Source: Gammaproteobacteria bacterium
Lineage (GTDB): Bacteria; Pseudomonadota; Gammaproteobacteria; Pseudomonadales; Azotimanducaceae
DNA length: 64,000 nucleotides
Assembly: GCA_028821515.1 (NCBI GenBank)
Contig: JAPPGA010000065.1
Span: 2,870 to 66,869 of the forward strand
Direction: 5' to 3'
Every line of letters begins with the position of its first letter. The first letter of the stretch is position 1. Under the pieces are notes generated by a model. The model saw nothing but the letters and a program-made list of their open reading frames with translations. It did not search any database and was not told the DNA's origin. Shown piece after piece: positions 16,085 through 24,801 of the stretch. A program made the position numbers and the translations under genes.

Positions 16085-17047
16085 ATGGCCCTCGCCTGCG
16101 TGCACCGGGAGTACCCGAACCGTATCGGCCACCTGCTCGAGTCCGACGCGGATGTCCTGCCGCCGCGCCGCCTGACCCCCGCCTTCTACGGCTGTTTCGA
16201 CTGGCACAGCGCGGTCCATGCGCACTGGCTGCTCGCGCGCCTCACCCGACTGGACGGCGATGCGGCGCATGGGCCGAAGGCAAGGGCCGCGCTGTCGGAG
16301 GCACTCACGCAGGGGAACATCGCCGCGGAACTCGACTACGTGGCGGCGCGGCCCGCGTTCGAACGCCCGTACGGCATGGCATGGCTGCTGCAACTCGCCG
16401 CCGAACTGCACGAGTGGGATGACCGGGACGCACATTCCTGGCGCGAGCGGCTGCGCCCGCTCGAGGACCATGCCGCGTCGGTATTCGAGGACTGGCTCTC
16501 CAGGCTCCCGTACCCGGTGCGTAGCGGGACCCACGACCAGACGGCGTTCTCCCTGGGACTGGTGCACGACTGGGCGCGGATCACGGGAGCGTCCGGACTG
16601 CGGGACCTGGTGGAACGCCGCAGCCTGGATTTCTTTGCGGCGGACCGGGACGCGCCGCTGGCCTATGAACCGTCCGGCCACGACTTCCTGTCGCCGAGCC
16701 TCGCGGAAGCGGACCTGATGCGCCGCGTACTTCCCCCGGAACCCTACCGCGAGTGGCTCGACGGTTTCCTCGGATTGTTTGAACTTGATCCGGTTGCCGT
16801 CCCCGATCAGGACGACGGACACCTGGTGCATCTCGCGGGACTCAACTTCAGCCGCGCCTGGATGCTCGAGGGCATCGCCTCGGTTGTGCCTACCGAGAAG
16901 ATCGGCGCGATGGCGGCCCGCCACCGAGATGCGGGCCTGGCTGCGCTGGGCGGGCTCACGTATGCGGGCGCCCACTGGCTGGGCACCTTTGCCGCCTATC
17001 TCATTACCCGGCGCGGCGTGGAGGCGACGGCGGTCGCGCGGACCTGA
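16085..17047 (+). CDS. DUF2891 domain protein
   Basis: CVHREYPNRIGHLLESDADVLPPRRLTPAFYGCFDWHSAVHAHWLLARL is typical of DUF2891. The start is taken at the internal ATG at 16085, and an upstream non-ATG start is possible. Confidence 0.7.
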   Translation: MALACVHREYPNRIGHLLESDADVLPPRRLTPAFYGCFDWHSAVHAHWLLARLTRLDGDAAHGPKARAALSEALTQGNIAAELDYVAARPAFERPYGMAWLLQLAAELHEWDDRDAHSWRERLRPLEDHAASVFEDWLSRLPYPVRSGTHDQTAFSLGLVHDWARITGASGLRDLVERRSLDFFAADRDAPLAYEPSGHDFLSPSLAEADLMRRVLPPEPYREWLDGFLGLFELDPVAVPDQDDGHLVHLAGLNFSRAWMLEGIASVVPTEKIGAMAARHRDAGLAALGGLTYAGAHWLGTFAAYLITRRGVEATAVART

Positions 17048-17096
17048 TCCAGCCAGCGCGCAGGCGGCACCCGTCCCGTCGCGGGGCTTGGCTAGA

Positions 17097-17966
17097 ATGT
17101 GCGGGACTACCCGCCAACCATGGAGAGATCCCTTGGGGTACGACCCGGAAATCCCGCGGGCGCACTACGACCGCCTGGCGGACGCCGAGTGGACGCGCCT
17201 GACACGCCGCCGCCGCGGCGAGCTCAGCTTCCTCGTGCACATGGACGTGCTGGAGCGGCACATCACCGCCGGCATGGATGTGCTGGAGATCGGCGCGGGT
17301 GGCGGCATCTACACGAAGGAACTGGTGCACATGGCGCGGCGGCTCACGGTCTCGGACATCTCCGAGGTCCAGCTTGCGCTGAACCGCGGCCACATGCGGG
17401 ATCTCGGTGTCCTCGACCGGGTGGACGAGTACCGGGTCCTGGACCTGGCCGACCTGGGCGCGCTCGAGGCCGAGTCGTTCGACGCCGTGGTTTGCGTGGG
17501 CGGCCCCCTGAGTTACCTGCTGGACAAGGAAGCTGCGGGTGTCAGGGAGATGCTCCGGGTGGTCAGGCCCGGCGGCATCGTCGTGCTGGGCGTCATGTCG
17601 CTGATCAGTACGCTGGTGCTATTCATGGGCATGGTGCCGGCGGAGACGGAGAAGATCGGCATCGACAACATGCGCTGGCTGCTAGAGACCGGCTACCAGG
17701 ACCGCGAGCACCATCCGGCGACCGAGCACTACTGCCACATGATGACGAGCGCGGACATCGACGCGCTGCTGGCGGACGAGGCCGTCCACGTGGTCGAGAA
17801 ACGAGCCGCCGGCGTGCTGGGCATGGCGGGAGAGGAAGCCCTCAACGCCGTGAGGAAGGACGACGGCCTGTGGTCGCTCATCGTCGAGAGGGAACTCGCC
17901 TGGTCGAAGCTCCCCGGCACGCTGGACCTGGGCGACAACATCGTCTACGTGTTCAGGAAGCGTTGA
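17097..17966 (+). CDS. class I SAM-dependent methyltransferase
   Basis: Motif I reads VLEIGAGGGIYT, followed by FDAVVCVGGPLSYL and VRPGGIVV. The start is taken at the internal ATG at 17097. Confidence 0.8.
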   Translation: MCGTTRQPWRDPLGYDPEIPRAHYDRLADAEWTRLTRRRRGELSFLVHMDVLERHITAGMDVLEIGAGGGIYTKELVHMARRLTVSDISEVQLALNRGHMRDLGVLDRVDEYRVLDLADLGALEAESFDAVVCVGGPLSYLLDKEAAGVREMLRVVRPGGIVVLGVMSLISTLVLFMGMVPAETEKIGIDNMRWLLETGYQDREHHPATEHYCHMMTSADIDALLADEAVHVVEKRAAGVLGMAGEEALNAVRKDDGLWSLIVERELAWSKLPGTLDLGDNIVYVFRKR

Positions 17967-18062
17967 ACGAGGCGCGACTGCTAGCCGGTACCGTGCGGTG
18001 ATTGACTCTCGTCGTCCAGACGCTATGGTATTACCAATATGTAAGGAACAAGTCCAATAGTA

Positions 18063-18302
18063 ATGCAAGCGACAATCACCACAAAGGGTCAGGTCACGGT
18101 TCCCAAACCGATACGGGACAGGCTCAGGCTCAAGCCGGGCGACAGGATCGACTTCATCCTGGACTCCGGGGACGAGGTCAGGGTCGTCCCCGTAACTGCG
18201 TCCGTGAGACAACTCAAGGGCATGGTGCCGAAGCCCAAACAACCGGTGACGCTTGAACAGATGGACGATGCCATTGCTGCAGCGTATGCGCGCCGCCGGT
18301 GA
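18063..18302 (+). CDS. vapB: AbrB/SpoVT-type antitoxin VapB
   Basis: MQATITTKGQVTVPKPIRDRLRLKPGDRIDF. A 4-nt overlap links it to the downstream PIN gene. Confidence 0.85.
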   Translation: MQATITTKGQVTVPKPIRDRLRLKPGDRIDFILDSGDEVRVVPVTASVRQLKGMVPKPKQPVTLEQMDDAIAAAYARRR

Positions 18303-18697
18303 TCGGCCTCGACACCAACATCCTTATCCGTTACATCGTTCAGGACGACGAGGAGCAGGCCCTGGCGGCGACGCATCTGATCGAAAACCAGTGCACGGAA
18401 CAGTCGACGGGATTCGTAAGCGCGGTGGTATTGGTGGAACTTGTATGGGTTCTGGCGGCGTCCTACGAGTACGGCAAAGACGTGATCGTGGCCGTGATGC
18501 AGCAAATCCTCCGGACAACCGAGTTCACCGTTGAGGATGGCGATGTGGTCTGGCAGGCCCTGCGCGAGTTCGAGACCGGCAATGCGGACTTCGCAGACTG
18601 CCTGATCGCCCATCGCAACCATTCAAAAGGTTGCGCGACGACCTACTCGTTCGATCACCGGGCGGCAAGAGGGAGTTACTTCACACTTGTTCCCTGA
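18299..18697 (+). CDS. vapC: PIN-domain toxin VapC
   Basis: IGLDTNILIRY (first acidic residue) and ADFADCLIA are consistent with a PIN domain, and size and genetic context fit. Confidence 0.85.
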   Translation: MIGLDTNILIRYIVQDDEEQALAATHLIENQCTEQSTGFVSAVVLVELVWVLAASYEYGKDVIVAVMQQILRTTEFTVEDGDVVWQALREFETGNADFADCLIAHRNHSKGCATTYSFDHRAARGSYFTLVP

Positions 18698-18756
18698 TTG
18701 CCCAGGGACCTTACCGCTGGACCTGGCTCCACGTTTGCAGAGGACTTCCCAAGGGG

Positions 18757-19551
18757 CTATTGCGGGTTCTCGGTGCCGCCCAGGAGATCGGCCAGCGCAA
18801 GTGCTGGCGCGTAGGTTGGGTCCACCGCCAAGGCGGCCTCGATGTGCGGCATCTCGCCACCCTGGTCCTGCATGTACCTGAGGTAGCCGAGGTAGTAGTG
18901 CGCGTAGGGATTGTCGTCGCTGATCGCGAGGGAGCGCTCGGCATACTGGCGGGCCGAGGCATGGTCGCCCGCGTCGCCGCTCGTGCGTGCCTGGAGGTAC
19001 ATCTCGTAGGCGCGAGAATCGATCGCGGGCCCGGCGGAAACTTCCGCATCGCCCAATAGCAGCTTCTCGGCGATGCCGTCGGCGATGGCGTCGCGAAGGG
19101 CGAAGATGTCGTCCATTGGACCGCTCACGGTGTCCCGCCAGGTCACGTCGAGGTCCGCAAGGTCGGTGAGGCGGGCGGTCACGGTGAGCCTGTCGCCTTC
19201 GCGCCGAACACTCCCTTCCACCGCGTAGGTTGCGCCGAGGGTGTCGGCGAGTTGCCGCAGGCGCGTCTCGCCGCTTGGGTACTGGGACGTCTCGCGCGAG
19301 TCGAGCACATCGAAGTCGGAGACGCTGGCGAGGCCGGATACGATCTCGGCCGCCATGCCGTGGGCGAGGTGCGCATCGCGGCTAGAGGATTCCATTTCGG
19401 CGAACGGCAACACGGCGATGGCGATGCGTTTCGGCGCGATTTCCGGCAACACCATCCACCAGCCGATGCCGGTGCCCACCACGACGACCATCATCGCCGC
19501 GATGGCGAGCACGAAACCGTTGAGTCCTGGTGAGCTCATGGGCGCGGACAA
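18757..19551 (-). CDS. membrane-anchored TolB-N-like plus TPR protein
   Basis: N-terminal TM, then IAVLPFAEMESSS...GMAAEIVSGLASVSDFDVLDSRE. This is the pattern seen N-terminal to TPRs in many regulators. TPR-like repeats occupy the C-terminus. Confidence 0.65.
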   Translation of the reverse strand: MSAPMSSPGLNGFVLAIAAMMVVVVGTGIGWWMVLPEIAPKRIAIAVLPFAEMESSSRDAHLAHGMAAEIVSGLASVSDFDVLDSRETSQYPSGETRLRQLADTLGATYAVEGSVRREGDRLTVTARLTDLADLDVTWRDTVSGPMDDIFALRDAIADGIAEKLLLGDAEVSAGPAIDSRAYEMYLQARTSGDAGDHASARQYAERSLAISDDNPYAHYYLGYLRYMQDQGGEMPHIEAALAVDPTYAPALALADLLGGTENPQ

Positions 19552-19615
19552 TAACCGCTAACCGCAGTTGGGGCAGTTCCGGATTCTGTTGGCAGGTAGG
19601 GGAGCCGGTTCAGCT

Positions 19616-19804
19616 TCAGCGCTTCGGCCCCTGCAGCTCGGTGATCATCGCTTCGAGGCGCAGGGTCTGCTCGTTCAACGCCGTGACCACGCGCCGGAGG
19701 TCGTTCGCCATCACGATGGCCGTCGCTGCCTCGATGGCGGTGTTCTCGTCCGCGAGGGCAGCGGTCAGAACCTGGCGCGCCGTGCGGTATTCGCTATCGT
19801 CCAT
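19616..19804 (-). CDS. small helical hypothetical protein
   Basis: Internal ATG of ORF 19616-19939. The 62-aa product is MDDSEYRTARQVLTAALADENTAIEAATAIVMANDLRRVVTALNEQTLRLEAMITELQ. No family recognised. Confidence 0.3.
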   Translation of the reverse strand: MDDSEYRTARQVLTAALADENTAIEAATAIVMANDLRRVVTALNEQTLRLEAMITELQGPKR

Positions 19805-19945
19805 TTGGGAGTCCCTCCATGAATCGGGTGTGCGCAACGTTATCGCAATTCGGCGGGCCGGCGCGACCCGAGTGTCCCGGACCGGGACGTTTCGGAAGCA
19901 GCCGATGATCGGTGGATGTCCGGCTGACCCTGCTACCATGAGCGG

Positions 19946-20380
19946 ATGCTCAAGATGTTGGCAGTTGGCGGCCTGACACTGTTCCTGGCGCTTCCGGTCA
20001 GTTGTGAACTCCGGCCCAAGGGCACGTCCCCCACGTTCGAAGAGATGGAGGTCTGCACGAAGATCGGTGCACAGTGGCTCTCAGCTACCGGGAGAGCCGA
20101 CGCCGAAGACTGGTACTACATCAAGAGATGTTCGATAGGCGCCCGTGACGGGAAGCCGACGGAAGTCCGGATTCACGTGGTGTCATCGCTGCCCCTGCAG
20201 GATGTGCGAGGGGCGAATCCGCTCGAGGCGTGCGTTGGCATCGACGACCTTCGGGCCGCGGTTCGTTCGGTGATGGATGCGCCGGTTTCGATCAGACTGA
20301 AGCTCTCCGACTCAACGTCGACATGCGCTCGCACTGAGGTCCCGGCCCTTGTCAGGTTCCATCCTGGGGACTCGCCCTGA
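19946..20380 (+). CDS. putative secreted/lipoprotein, tandem paralogue 1
   Basis: Signal peptide ending ...LALPVSC. It shares the motif T[FY]EE[MI]E.C.KI.A.W....GRADA[ED]DWY..K.CSI with the next ORF. Confidence 0.65.
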   Translation: MLKMLAVGGLTLFLALPVSCELRPKGTSPTFEEMEVCTKIGAQWLSATGRADAEDWYYIKRCSIGARDGKPTEVRIHVVSSLPLQDVRGANPLEACVGIDDLRAAVRSVMDAPVSIRLKLSDSTSTCARTEVPALVRFHPGDSP

Positions 20381-20406
20381 GCGCCCGACGCCGCAGCCGG
20401 ACGGCC

Positions 20407-20817
20407 ATGAAGATCCCGTCGGGAGTCTGTGTGCCGCTGTTGCTGGCGCTGACGGCGGGTTGTGGCCTCGTCGACATCGACATGCCCGGAGACCCTACCT
20501 ACGAGGAGATCGAGAACTGCGTAAAGATCGCCGCCGACTGGCGCGCAAGGATCGGGAGAGCCGACGCCGACGACTGGTATCACGTCAAGGAATGTTCAAT
20601 CGATGTCCGGGAAAGGAGGCCGACGCAGGTCCGGGTTGCCGTTTGGTCATCGTTGGAACCAGAGGATGACGACTGCAGGGAGCTGAGTTCCGCACTCAAA
20701 GCCGCGGTTGAATCCAGGATGGAATCGCCCGTTGCGATCAATGCCAGCGTTGTGACACGGGGCGTTAGTTGCTGGTCGTCGAGCGCTTTCCTCTTTGACT
20801 CGGAGGACGGTCACTGA
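20407..20817 (+). CDS. putative lipoprotein, tandem paralogue 2
   Basis: Lipobox LLLALTAGC. It is clearly similar to 19946-20380 across the whole length. Confidence 0.7.
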   Translation: MKIPSGVCVPLLLALTAGCGLVDIDMPGDPTYEEIENCVKIAADWRARIGRADADDWYHVKECSIDVRERRPTQVRVAVWSSLEPEDDDCRELSSALKAAVESRMESPVAINASVVTRGVSCWSSSAFLFDSEDGH

Positions 20818-20847
20818 GCTCGGCGCCATGCCGGGTGTCTAGTCGCC

Positions 20848-20899
20848 GAAAAGACTGGTCGGAGTGCGCGGATTTGAACCGCGGGCCCCGCCTCCCGAA
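20848..20899. repeat. att-type direct repeat, distal copy (orphan 3' half of tRNA-Pro)
   Basis: gaaaagactggtcggagtgcgcggatttgaaccgcgggccccgcctcccgaa matches 25776-25828 except for one missing C. Confidence 0.9.
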
Positions 20900-20968
20900 C
20901 TCGATTCGGGGGCCGAACTTGGCCCTAAATCACTGATTTTCCGTACGCTCACGACGTTTCGTGTACTT

Positions 20969-21909
20969 TCAAACGGCATGAAACCGGGAAGCTTCCCGGT
21001 TTCCCCGCTCCATCGCCGCGACCGCGCTGTGCAAGTAGTCGGGGTGATGGTGCCCGTACACGCGCTCAAGCATATCAAGCGTGATGCCGAAATACCCTGC
21101 GGCGGCCCACTTGTCCGCGCCGTTTTGCATGGCCCAGGTGACAGCTGTATGGCGCAGGTCGTGGCGGGTGCAGTGCTCGATCCCGGACGCGCGAAGGGCC
21201 GTTGTCCACGCCTTCTTCACGTTCCCGACGCGCTGCCCGTCTACCTCGACCACCCAGCGTGCCCCGTTACGCTCCCATCGCCTCATGTGTGCGAGCAGTT
21301 GGCGGGGGATCGGGATGGGCGGCTGCCGCTTCTTCGTCTCAACCGTCCCGGCAGCGCGGCGGTGCATGATGCCGCGCTTGGTGTCCACCCATCCCCCGGT
21401 CGTGTGTGGCATGAACCGCAGTCCGAGAATGGCACTTGATCGGGTGCCGGTGTAAGCAGCCACGAGGATAAACCGGCACAGGTGCCGGGCCCGGTCCTGC
21501 GGGTTGTTTCGCGCGGCCTGGAGTAGGGCGGCGGCCTCGTCTCGTGTCAGCCATCGGTCGCGCGGTGGCGGCTTAGGCGGCAGCTTCACCCTGGGCGCAG
21601 CCGTGATGTAACCCTCGGAGTGCGCGTAGTTGATCGCGGCTTGGAGAGTCCCAAGGTCTTTGCGAATCGTTGCGGGCGCTCGGTCCGAATCTTCGCGTAG
21701 CGTCGGCACACTTCGCCGGTGATGACGGAAAGTGGCAGCGGCCCAAGCACGGGCAGTAGCTGGTCGATACTGGTAGCGATCCGGACCGGATCGCGGACGG
21801 TAGGGCCGTGCTCGTCAGCGTACGTCGCCAGCACCTCAGCGACGGTTATTTGGTCGGGCGTAGCTGGACCGGTGGTTGGCCGGTCGAGCGGGTTTGTATC
21901 GCAGGCTCG
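20969..21909 (-). pseudogene. tyrosine recombinase / phage integrase, N-terminally truncated and frameshifted
   Basis: The catalytic domain is intact in ORF 20969-21709 (TGTRSSAILGLR, HDLRHTAVTW, LERVYGHHHPDY). The upstream core-binding part (EVLATYADEHGP...ITGEVCRRYAKIR) lies in a different frame (ORF 21586-21834). That frame closes at a stop at 21910-21912. Confidence 0.7.
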
Positions 21910-21965
21910 CTACGGACGGCGTGCTGATCGTGGACGAGGGTCTACGCGTGAGCTGATCGGAGACC

Positions 21966-22310
21966 TTGATCGACCACCTCCGGGTCGTTGGCATTCGTCT
22001 CGAGGTGATGTACTGCGACCGCTTCCTGATCGGCACTCTAAAGGACGCGGTGGCGGGACGCTGGCAGGTTGTGGATCGAGTGACGAGGTGGTCGGAGGCA
22101 ACGGAGGACATCGCCGGGTTCCGGCGGCTGACGGCGGACGGGCCGCTATCAATCGTGCCCGGGGTCGAGCACTTGCGCGGGTGTCGCTATCCCAGGCGTC
22201 GGTGAAGTCGGACGAACAGGGCAGCGTCCGCATCGAGAAAAAACGACATGGCCGTAGCCGTGATGATGTGGCCGTCGCTGGCACCCTTGCGGCGGGGGCG
22301 TTGGTGAGGT
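21966..22310 (+). pseudogene. C-terminal remnant of a phage terminase large subunit (frameshifted)
   Basis: ATEDIAGFRRLTADGPLSIVPGVEHLR (ORF 21966-2205 frame) is followed in another frame by VKSDEQGSVRIEKKRHGRSRDDVAVAGTLAAGA. Together they resemble the conserved ...H.GnP.L.W...N..v..D..GN.k..K....kIDg.vA..mA terminase end. Recognised from memory only. Confidence 0.4.
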
Positions 22311-22366
22311 CGATGTCGAAGCGTCCCACCCGACGATGGCGCTACCGGGGAGTGGCAGCGTGACTC

Positions 22367-22639
22367 TTATGTCCACTCCGCAGGCGGCGCTCCGTCTTTC
22401 AAAGCCTCGTCGGCCCGCCTAATCCTTTCCCTGATTTCTGTCAGGCGCACTGTGTCCCCTAGGTTGGCCAATGGAATGTCGTACTGCGACTTGTTGCCAT
22501 CTTCATAGTCGTCGAAGTCCACACCGATCTCCGCGGCGATCTTTCTTCGCGCTGCGATTTGCGACTTACTCAGCTTCTGGCCTCGCCATCCGGTTAGAGC
22601 CACTTTTGAAGACTCCAAACTGGGTTCAGGAATGGTCAT
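22367..22639 (-). CDS. hypothetical protein (island cargo)
   Basis: Internal ATG of ORF 22367-22882. The 90-aa product is MTIPEPSLESSKVALTGWRGQKLSKSQIAARRKIAAEIGVDFDDYEDGNKSQYDIPLANLGDTVRLTEIRERIRRADEAL..., encoded in lower-GC DNA. The upstream part of the long ORF is antisense to the HNH gene. Confidence 0.45.
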   Translation of the reverse strand: MTIPEPSLESSKVALTGWRGQKLSKSQIAARRKIAAEIGVDFDDYEDGNKSQYDIPLANLGDTVRLTEIRERIRRADEALKDGAPPAEWT

Positions 22640-22648
22640 TGTAGCTCG

Positions 22649-22933
22649 ATGAGTCGTCGTCATCCTGGTAGCTGCCATCATGCGGCGCTGGACCGCAGAC
22701 GGTGGGCGCTTACGCGGCTGCGGGCCTTCGAGCGGGACGGCTGGCGGTGCACCGGATGTGGACGTGCTGGAAAGCTTGAGGGGCATCACATCATGCCGTT
22801 GGAGGATGGCGGCGCAGCCTACGATATCGACAACATCAGAACGCTCTGACGCGAGTGCCACATCGTGGAGCACCGCCGCCAAGCGACGCCAGAGGACGCG
22901 GCGTGGCGGGAGCTAGTCGAGGAACTCACCTAA
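22649..22933 (+). pseudogene. HNH endonuclease with in-frame TGA replacing a conserved Cys
   Basis: RWALTRLRAFERDGWRCTGCGRAGKLEGHHIMPLEDGGAAYDIDNIRTL-TGA-RECHIVEHRR...ELT-TAA. The TGA at 22847-22849 sits where the LCxxCH zinc-ligand Cys is expected. The frame continues for 27 more codons. Confidence 0.75.
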
Positions 22934-23332
22934 GAACGGAAGGACTCGTTTGATGATCACGTCGGCTGCCGGGATGAGTACTACGAACAGGGTTGCAATA
23001 GTTATCCAAAGCCCGACTCTTCGGCGGCGACCTTCGATCAGCGCCTCCGCTGCCGAGAATCGCATCGTCTCGTTGCCCTCCCACGCGACGAAGTAACACT
23101 TCCTCCGACGGTTGCGGTCAAGGACATCGTCGTTCACGTGATCGCTCCAGACTCCCTTATAGCACTCGGCAGCGCCATAGGGGCGACAACTACCCTGCTG
23201 CCGCTCCTCCTCGCCCCATGTGTCTTTGACCAACGGTCCGCCGCCCGTGAAGGGGTTAAGAGACCTCTTCGTGAGAAAGATGCAATTCCGGCAGCAGTGT
23301 TTCGGCTTACGACCCACAACGGAGACTCCCAC
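22913..23332 (-). CDS. hypothetical Cys-rich protein with C-terminal TM segment (island cargo)
   Basis: 139 aa. The N-terminus reads HCCRNC...C...C...C, and the C-terminus contains VGLWITIATLFVVLIPAADVII. The DNA is lower-GC. Same strand and tight spacing with the next three ORFs. Confidence 0.55.
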   Translation of the reverse strand: MGVSVVGRKPKHCCRNCIFLTKRSLNPFTGGGPLVKDTWGEEERQQGSCRPYGAAECYKGVWSDHVNDDVLDRNRRRKCYFVAWEGNETMRFSAAEALIEGRRRRVGLWITIATLFVVLIPAADVIIKRVLPFLGEFLD

Positions 23333-23341
23333 CGTGTGAAC

Positions 23342-23665
23342 CTACGTGCGTAGGGTCCGTCCCAATCCGCCCGTACCCTCTAGTGTGCCCCCGACCGTAG
23401 TGATGATCGCCGAGTGTAGTTCGTCGATAGAGTCTGCAATCACGGTCGCGTGAAGGTGCTCCACGTTGACCTCCACCACGTCAGCGAGAGGCAACATAGA
23501 AGCATCTAGGACGTAGGGAATCTCAGCCTCTGGTCGAGACGCCCGTTCGAGGTTGATGATGTAGTCCTCCAACCTGCGGTCGTCCGCCACGCGGAACTTC
23601 CACCAGTAGCGGTGGGGCCTTCCATCGACGACCTCATCCACCGTGATATCGAGCAAGTATTCCAT
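23342..23665 (-). CDS. hypothetical acidic protein (island cargo)
   Basis: 107-aa ORF with ordinary composition. It lies 9 nt upstream of the next gene. No family recognised. Confidence 0.55.
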   Translation of the reverse strand: MEYLLDITVDEVVDGRPHRYWWKFRVADDRRLEDYIINLERASRPEAEIPYVLDASMLPLADVVEVNVEHLHATVIADSIDELHSAIITTVGGTLEGTGGLGRTLRT

Positions 23666-23676
23666 GCGTGGTTCCC

Positions 23677-24201
23677 CTATTCCTTCCGCTCGTACACGCG
23701 ACCATTTACGTACCGGTAATTCTCCATGATCTTCCCGTCAAGATGGGAAGGGTTGTTCAACTCGGGGGCGTAGGCAGACCGATACCGAAAAACCAACTTC
23801 AGGTAGTTGTCCACTACCCGTTCATCTTGAATCGATATCCGCGAGAGGAAACGCTTGCGGCTCTCGTTCGGCACCATCTTGACGGCAGAAGTCTGAAAAC
23901 CAGTAACAAGTGTGTTGCCGCGCGTTTGCACGTGCCAGCTGGCCTCAATGGGTATGTCGTTGAGGCAGACCACTTCGAGGAGTAGCTGACCCGAGCTATC
24001 GTTACCGAGCCTCGCAGTTACGGACGGCGGCGTGTTCTTTCTTTCAGCCTCCGCTTCCTCGTGCAGGTAGTCGATTCGATTGTCGATCCTCGACTTGAAG
24101 TAGATACCAGCCGCCGTCACTGCGGCTCCTAGGGCGAGAGCGACGTAGGGCACCCAGGTGGCGAGTTTCCCAAGGAGCGCCGCGTTGCTCCACCAAGACA
24201 T
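23677..24201 (-). CDS. hypothetical protein with N-terminal TM anchor (island cargo)
   Basis: 174 aa. TM segment WVPYVALALGAAVTAAGIYF, then a charged helix, then a beta-rich-looking domain. No family recognised. Confidence 0.6.
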   Translation of the reverse strand: MSWWSNAALLGKLATWVPYVALALGAAVTAAGIYFKSRIDNRIDYLHEEAEAERKNTPPSVTARLGNDSSGQLLLEVVCLNDIPIEASWHVQTRGNTLVTGFQTSAVKMVPNESRKRFLSRISIQDERVVDNYLKLVFRYRSAYAPELNNPSHLDGKIMENYRYVNGRVYERKE

Positions 24202-24217
24202 CTCGTGCTAACCCACT

Positions 24218-24535
24218 CTAGTCAGAATCCCATCCGTCGGGTGGTTCGAACGCCTGAAGCGCATCGTGTGCGGTGTCGTCGATCTTTCCTATAGCGTGCC
24301 AACTAACTGAGAAACAGACTCGGACACCCTCTCCATCATGTTGCTGTGGGAAGTTCTGCCCCTTCACCGGCTGCACCTTCACATTATCGAAGTCCGACCC
24401 GATCAGGTTGCTTGTGAAAAGCCCTCGGCAAAGCCTCATCATCTCGCGGGCCTTTGCGTGTTTGTCATCGCTACTCAATTTGCGGTTTCCAAGTTCAATT
24501 TGCGGTGGTCCTATGAGTGGGGGCGCATCGGGCAC
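24218..24535 (-). CDS. hypothetical protein (island cargo)
   Basis: 105-aa ORF, first of the four tightly spaced minus-strand small genes. No family recognised. Confidence 0.5.
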   Translation of the reverse strand: MPDAPPLIGPPQIELGNRKLSSDDKHAKAREMMRLCRGLFTSNLIGSDFDNVKVQPVKGQNFPQQHDGEGVRVCFSVSWHAIGKIDDTAHDALQAFEPPDGWDSD

Positions 24536-24801
24536 ACTTCAAGCCCTTTCCCCCGTCATGGAGTACTAGGGCCCCCTGCTGGGGTAGAGTCCAACGCCCC
24601 CGGCCCGACAAGGCTTGTCACTTCCCGCCGGCTCCCCTTCAAGCTGTTTCCCCGATGGTTTGATTCGGGGCCGGGCGGAAGTAGGACGCCCGCGATCCGG
24701 TAGCGGCTATCGTTAGCTGGGCGACCGCTGACGCCCCGGACGCTCGACGCTGGCTACTTGACGCCGGACGCTTGGACTAGCTGCTTCTCAACGGCCAGCC
24801 G

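Noticed and set aside
22847-22849. Selenocysteine recoding of the TGA in the HNH gene
   Set aside because: No obvious SECIS-like hairpin was seen just downstream, and neighbouring island genes are also broken. A nonsense mutation is the parsimonious reading.
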